Assembly (NCBI RefSeq): GCF_006345805.1
Contig: NC_042998.1
Coordinates: forward strand, 1,116,001 to 1,180,000
Length of the DNA stretch: 64,000 bases
Source of the DNA: Octopus sinensis
Lineage: Eukaryota
Reading direction: 5' to 3'
Each line of letters starts with the position of its first letter. The first letter of the stretch is position 1. The notes below the pieces were generated by a model. The model was not told where the DNA came from. It was given only the letters and a program-made list of their open reading frames with translations, and searched no databases. The translations under genes and the position numbers were made by a program. Below are positions 63,271 to 64,000 of the stretch, one piece after another.

Positions 63271-63477
63271 AATATAGCCAATACTGTTTTGTCCAAACAT
63301 TGCCTGCTCCTTATTTTAACGACTCAAAAAGATGTGCAGCCTCGGTTCTTGCGGTTTCTAACTACTATGCCTTGTTCAACTTACTGTATATTCATAATTT
63401 TAGTTTTACTTTTTAACATAGGGGACAACTTTAAGTATGCAATCATTTATGTGTGTGTGTTATATATATATAGAGAG

Positions 63478-63521
63478 AGAGAGATAGATAGATAAATAGA
63501 TAGATAGATAGATAGACAGAC

Positions 63522-63570
<49 letters not shown>

Positions 63571-63579
63571 TATAGATAT

Positions 63580-63661
<82 letters not shown>
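63478..63661. repeat. (GATA)n microsatellite
   Basis: Direct reading. Confidence 0.95.
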
Positions 63662-64000
63662 CATCATCATCATTGTTCGACCGTGGCCGAGACAATGGAA
63701 TTTACCATGCTACGCCAGACTTCACGGTCCATCATGGCATTACGGAGGTCCTGTTGCTGGATGCCTGTATCCCTGGAGATTACATCAGGGGAGGAGAGTG
63801 TGCGCCCTCTGGTATTGCGAGTAGATGGCTTCCAGAGGAGAAGAGTAGAAATTGCCTCGTTTTCAGCTCTACAACAATGTCCAGCAAACTGGACTCTCCT
63901 ACCCTTCACAAGAGATGACACAGGTGGTAGTTTCCCATATATTTGCATCTGGCTTCCACGAGAGATTTTGAGTTCTCATAAGGAGGCGAGTGTAGGTTCC
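63661..64000 (-). mobile_element. RTE-type LINE 3' end with (TGA)n tail, continues beyond the window
   Basis: IYGKLPPVSSLVKGRRVQFAGHCCRAENE..LLLWKP..RGRTL..ISRDTG..LRNAMMDREVWR, followed immediately by tgatgatgatga. Confidence 0.85.

Overview
Eukaryotic, AT-rich DNA (roughly one third GC) dominated by repeats. It is almost certainly intronic or intergenic animal DNA; the repeat families and very dense microsatellites point to an octopus genome (inference, not verified). I cannot support any intact host gene, tRNA, rRNA or CRISPR array, and most ORFs in the supplied track are microsatellite or repeat read-through. The window holds many copies of at least four tRNA-derived SINE families, several with clear target-site duplications (TSDs). 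It also holds two near full-length degenerate Tc1 (DD34E) transposons, several mariner, DD41D and pogo-like remnants and MITEs, two RTE-type LINE 3' ends, and a ~4.7 kb R4/Dong-type retrotransposon locus that is really two different elements joined head-to-tail. The main unexplained signal is a set of minimal type I hammerhead-ribozyme motifs in several unrelated repeat families. Five have canonical cores (7317-7366, 18110-18157, 31864-31935, 49023-49070, 49445-49492) and several more have variant cores. One lies in an apparently identical, circularly permuted, partly inverted ~476-nt non-coding unit (48759-49636), as expected for a retrozyme or Penelope-like element copied from a circular or multimeric RNA.
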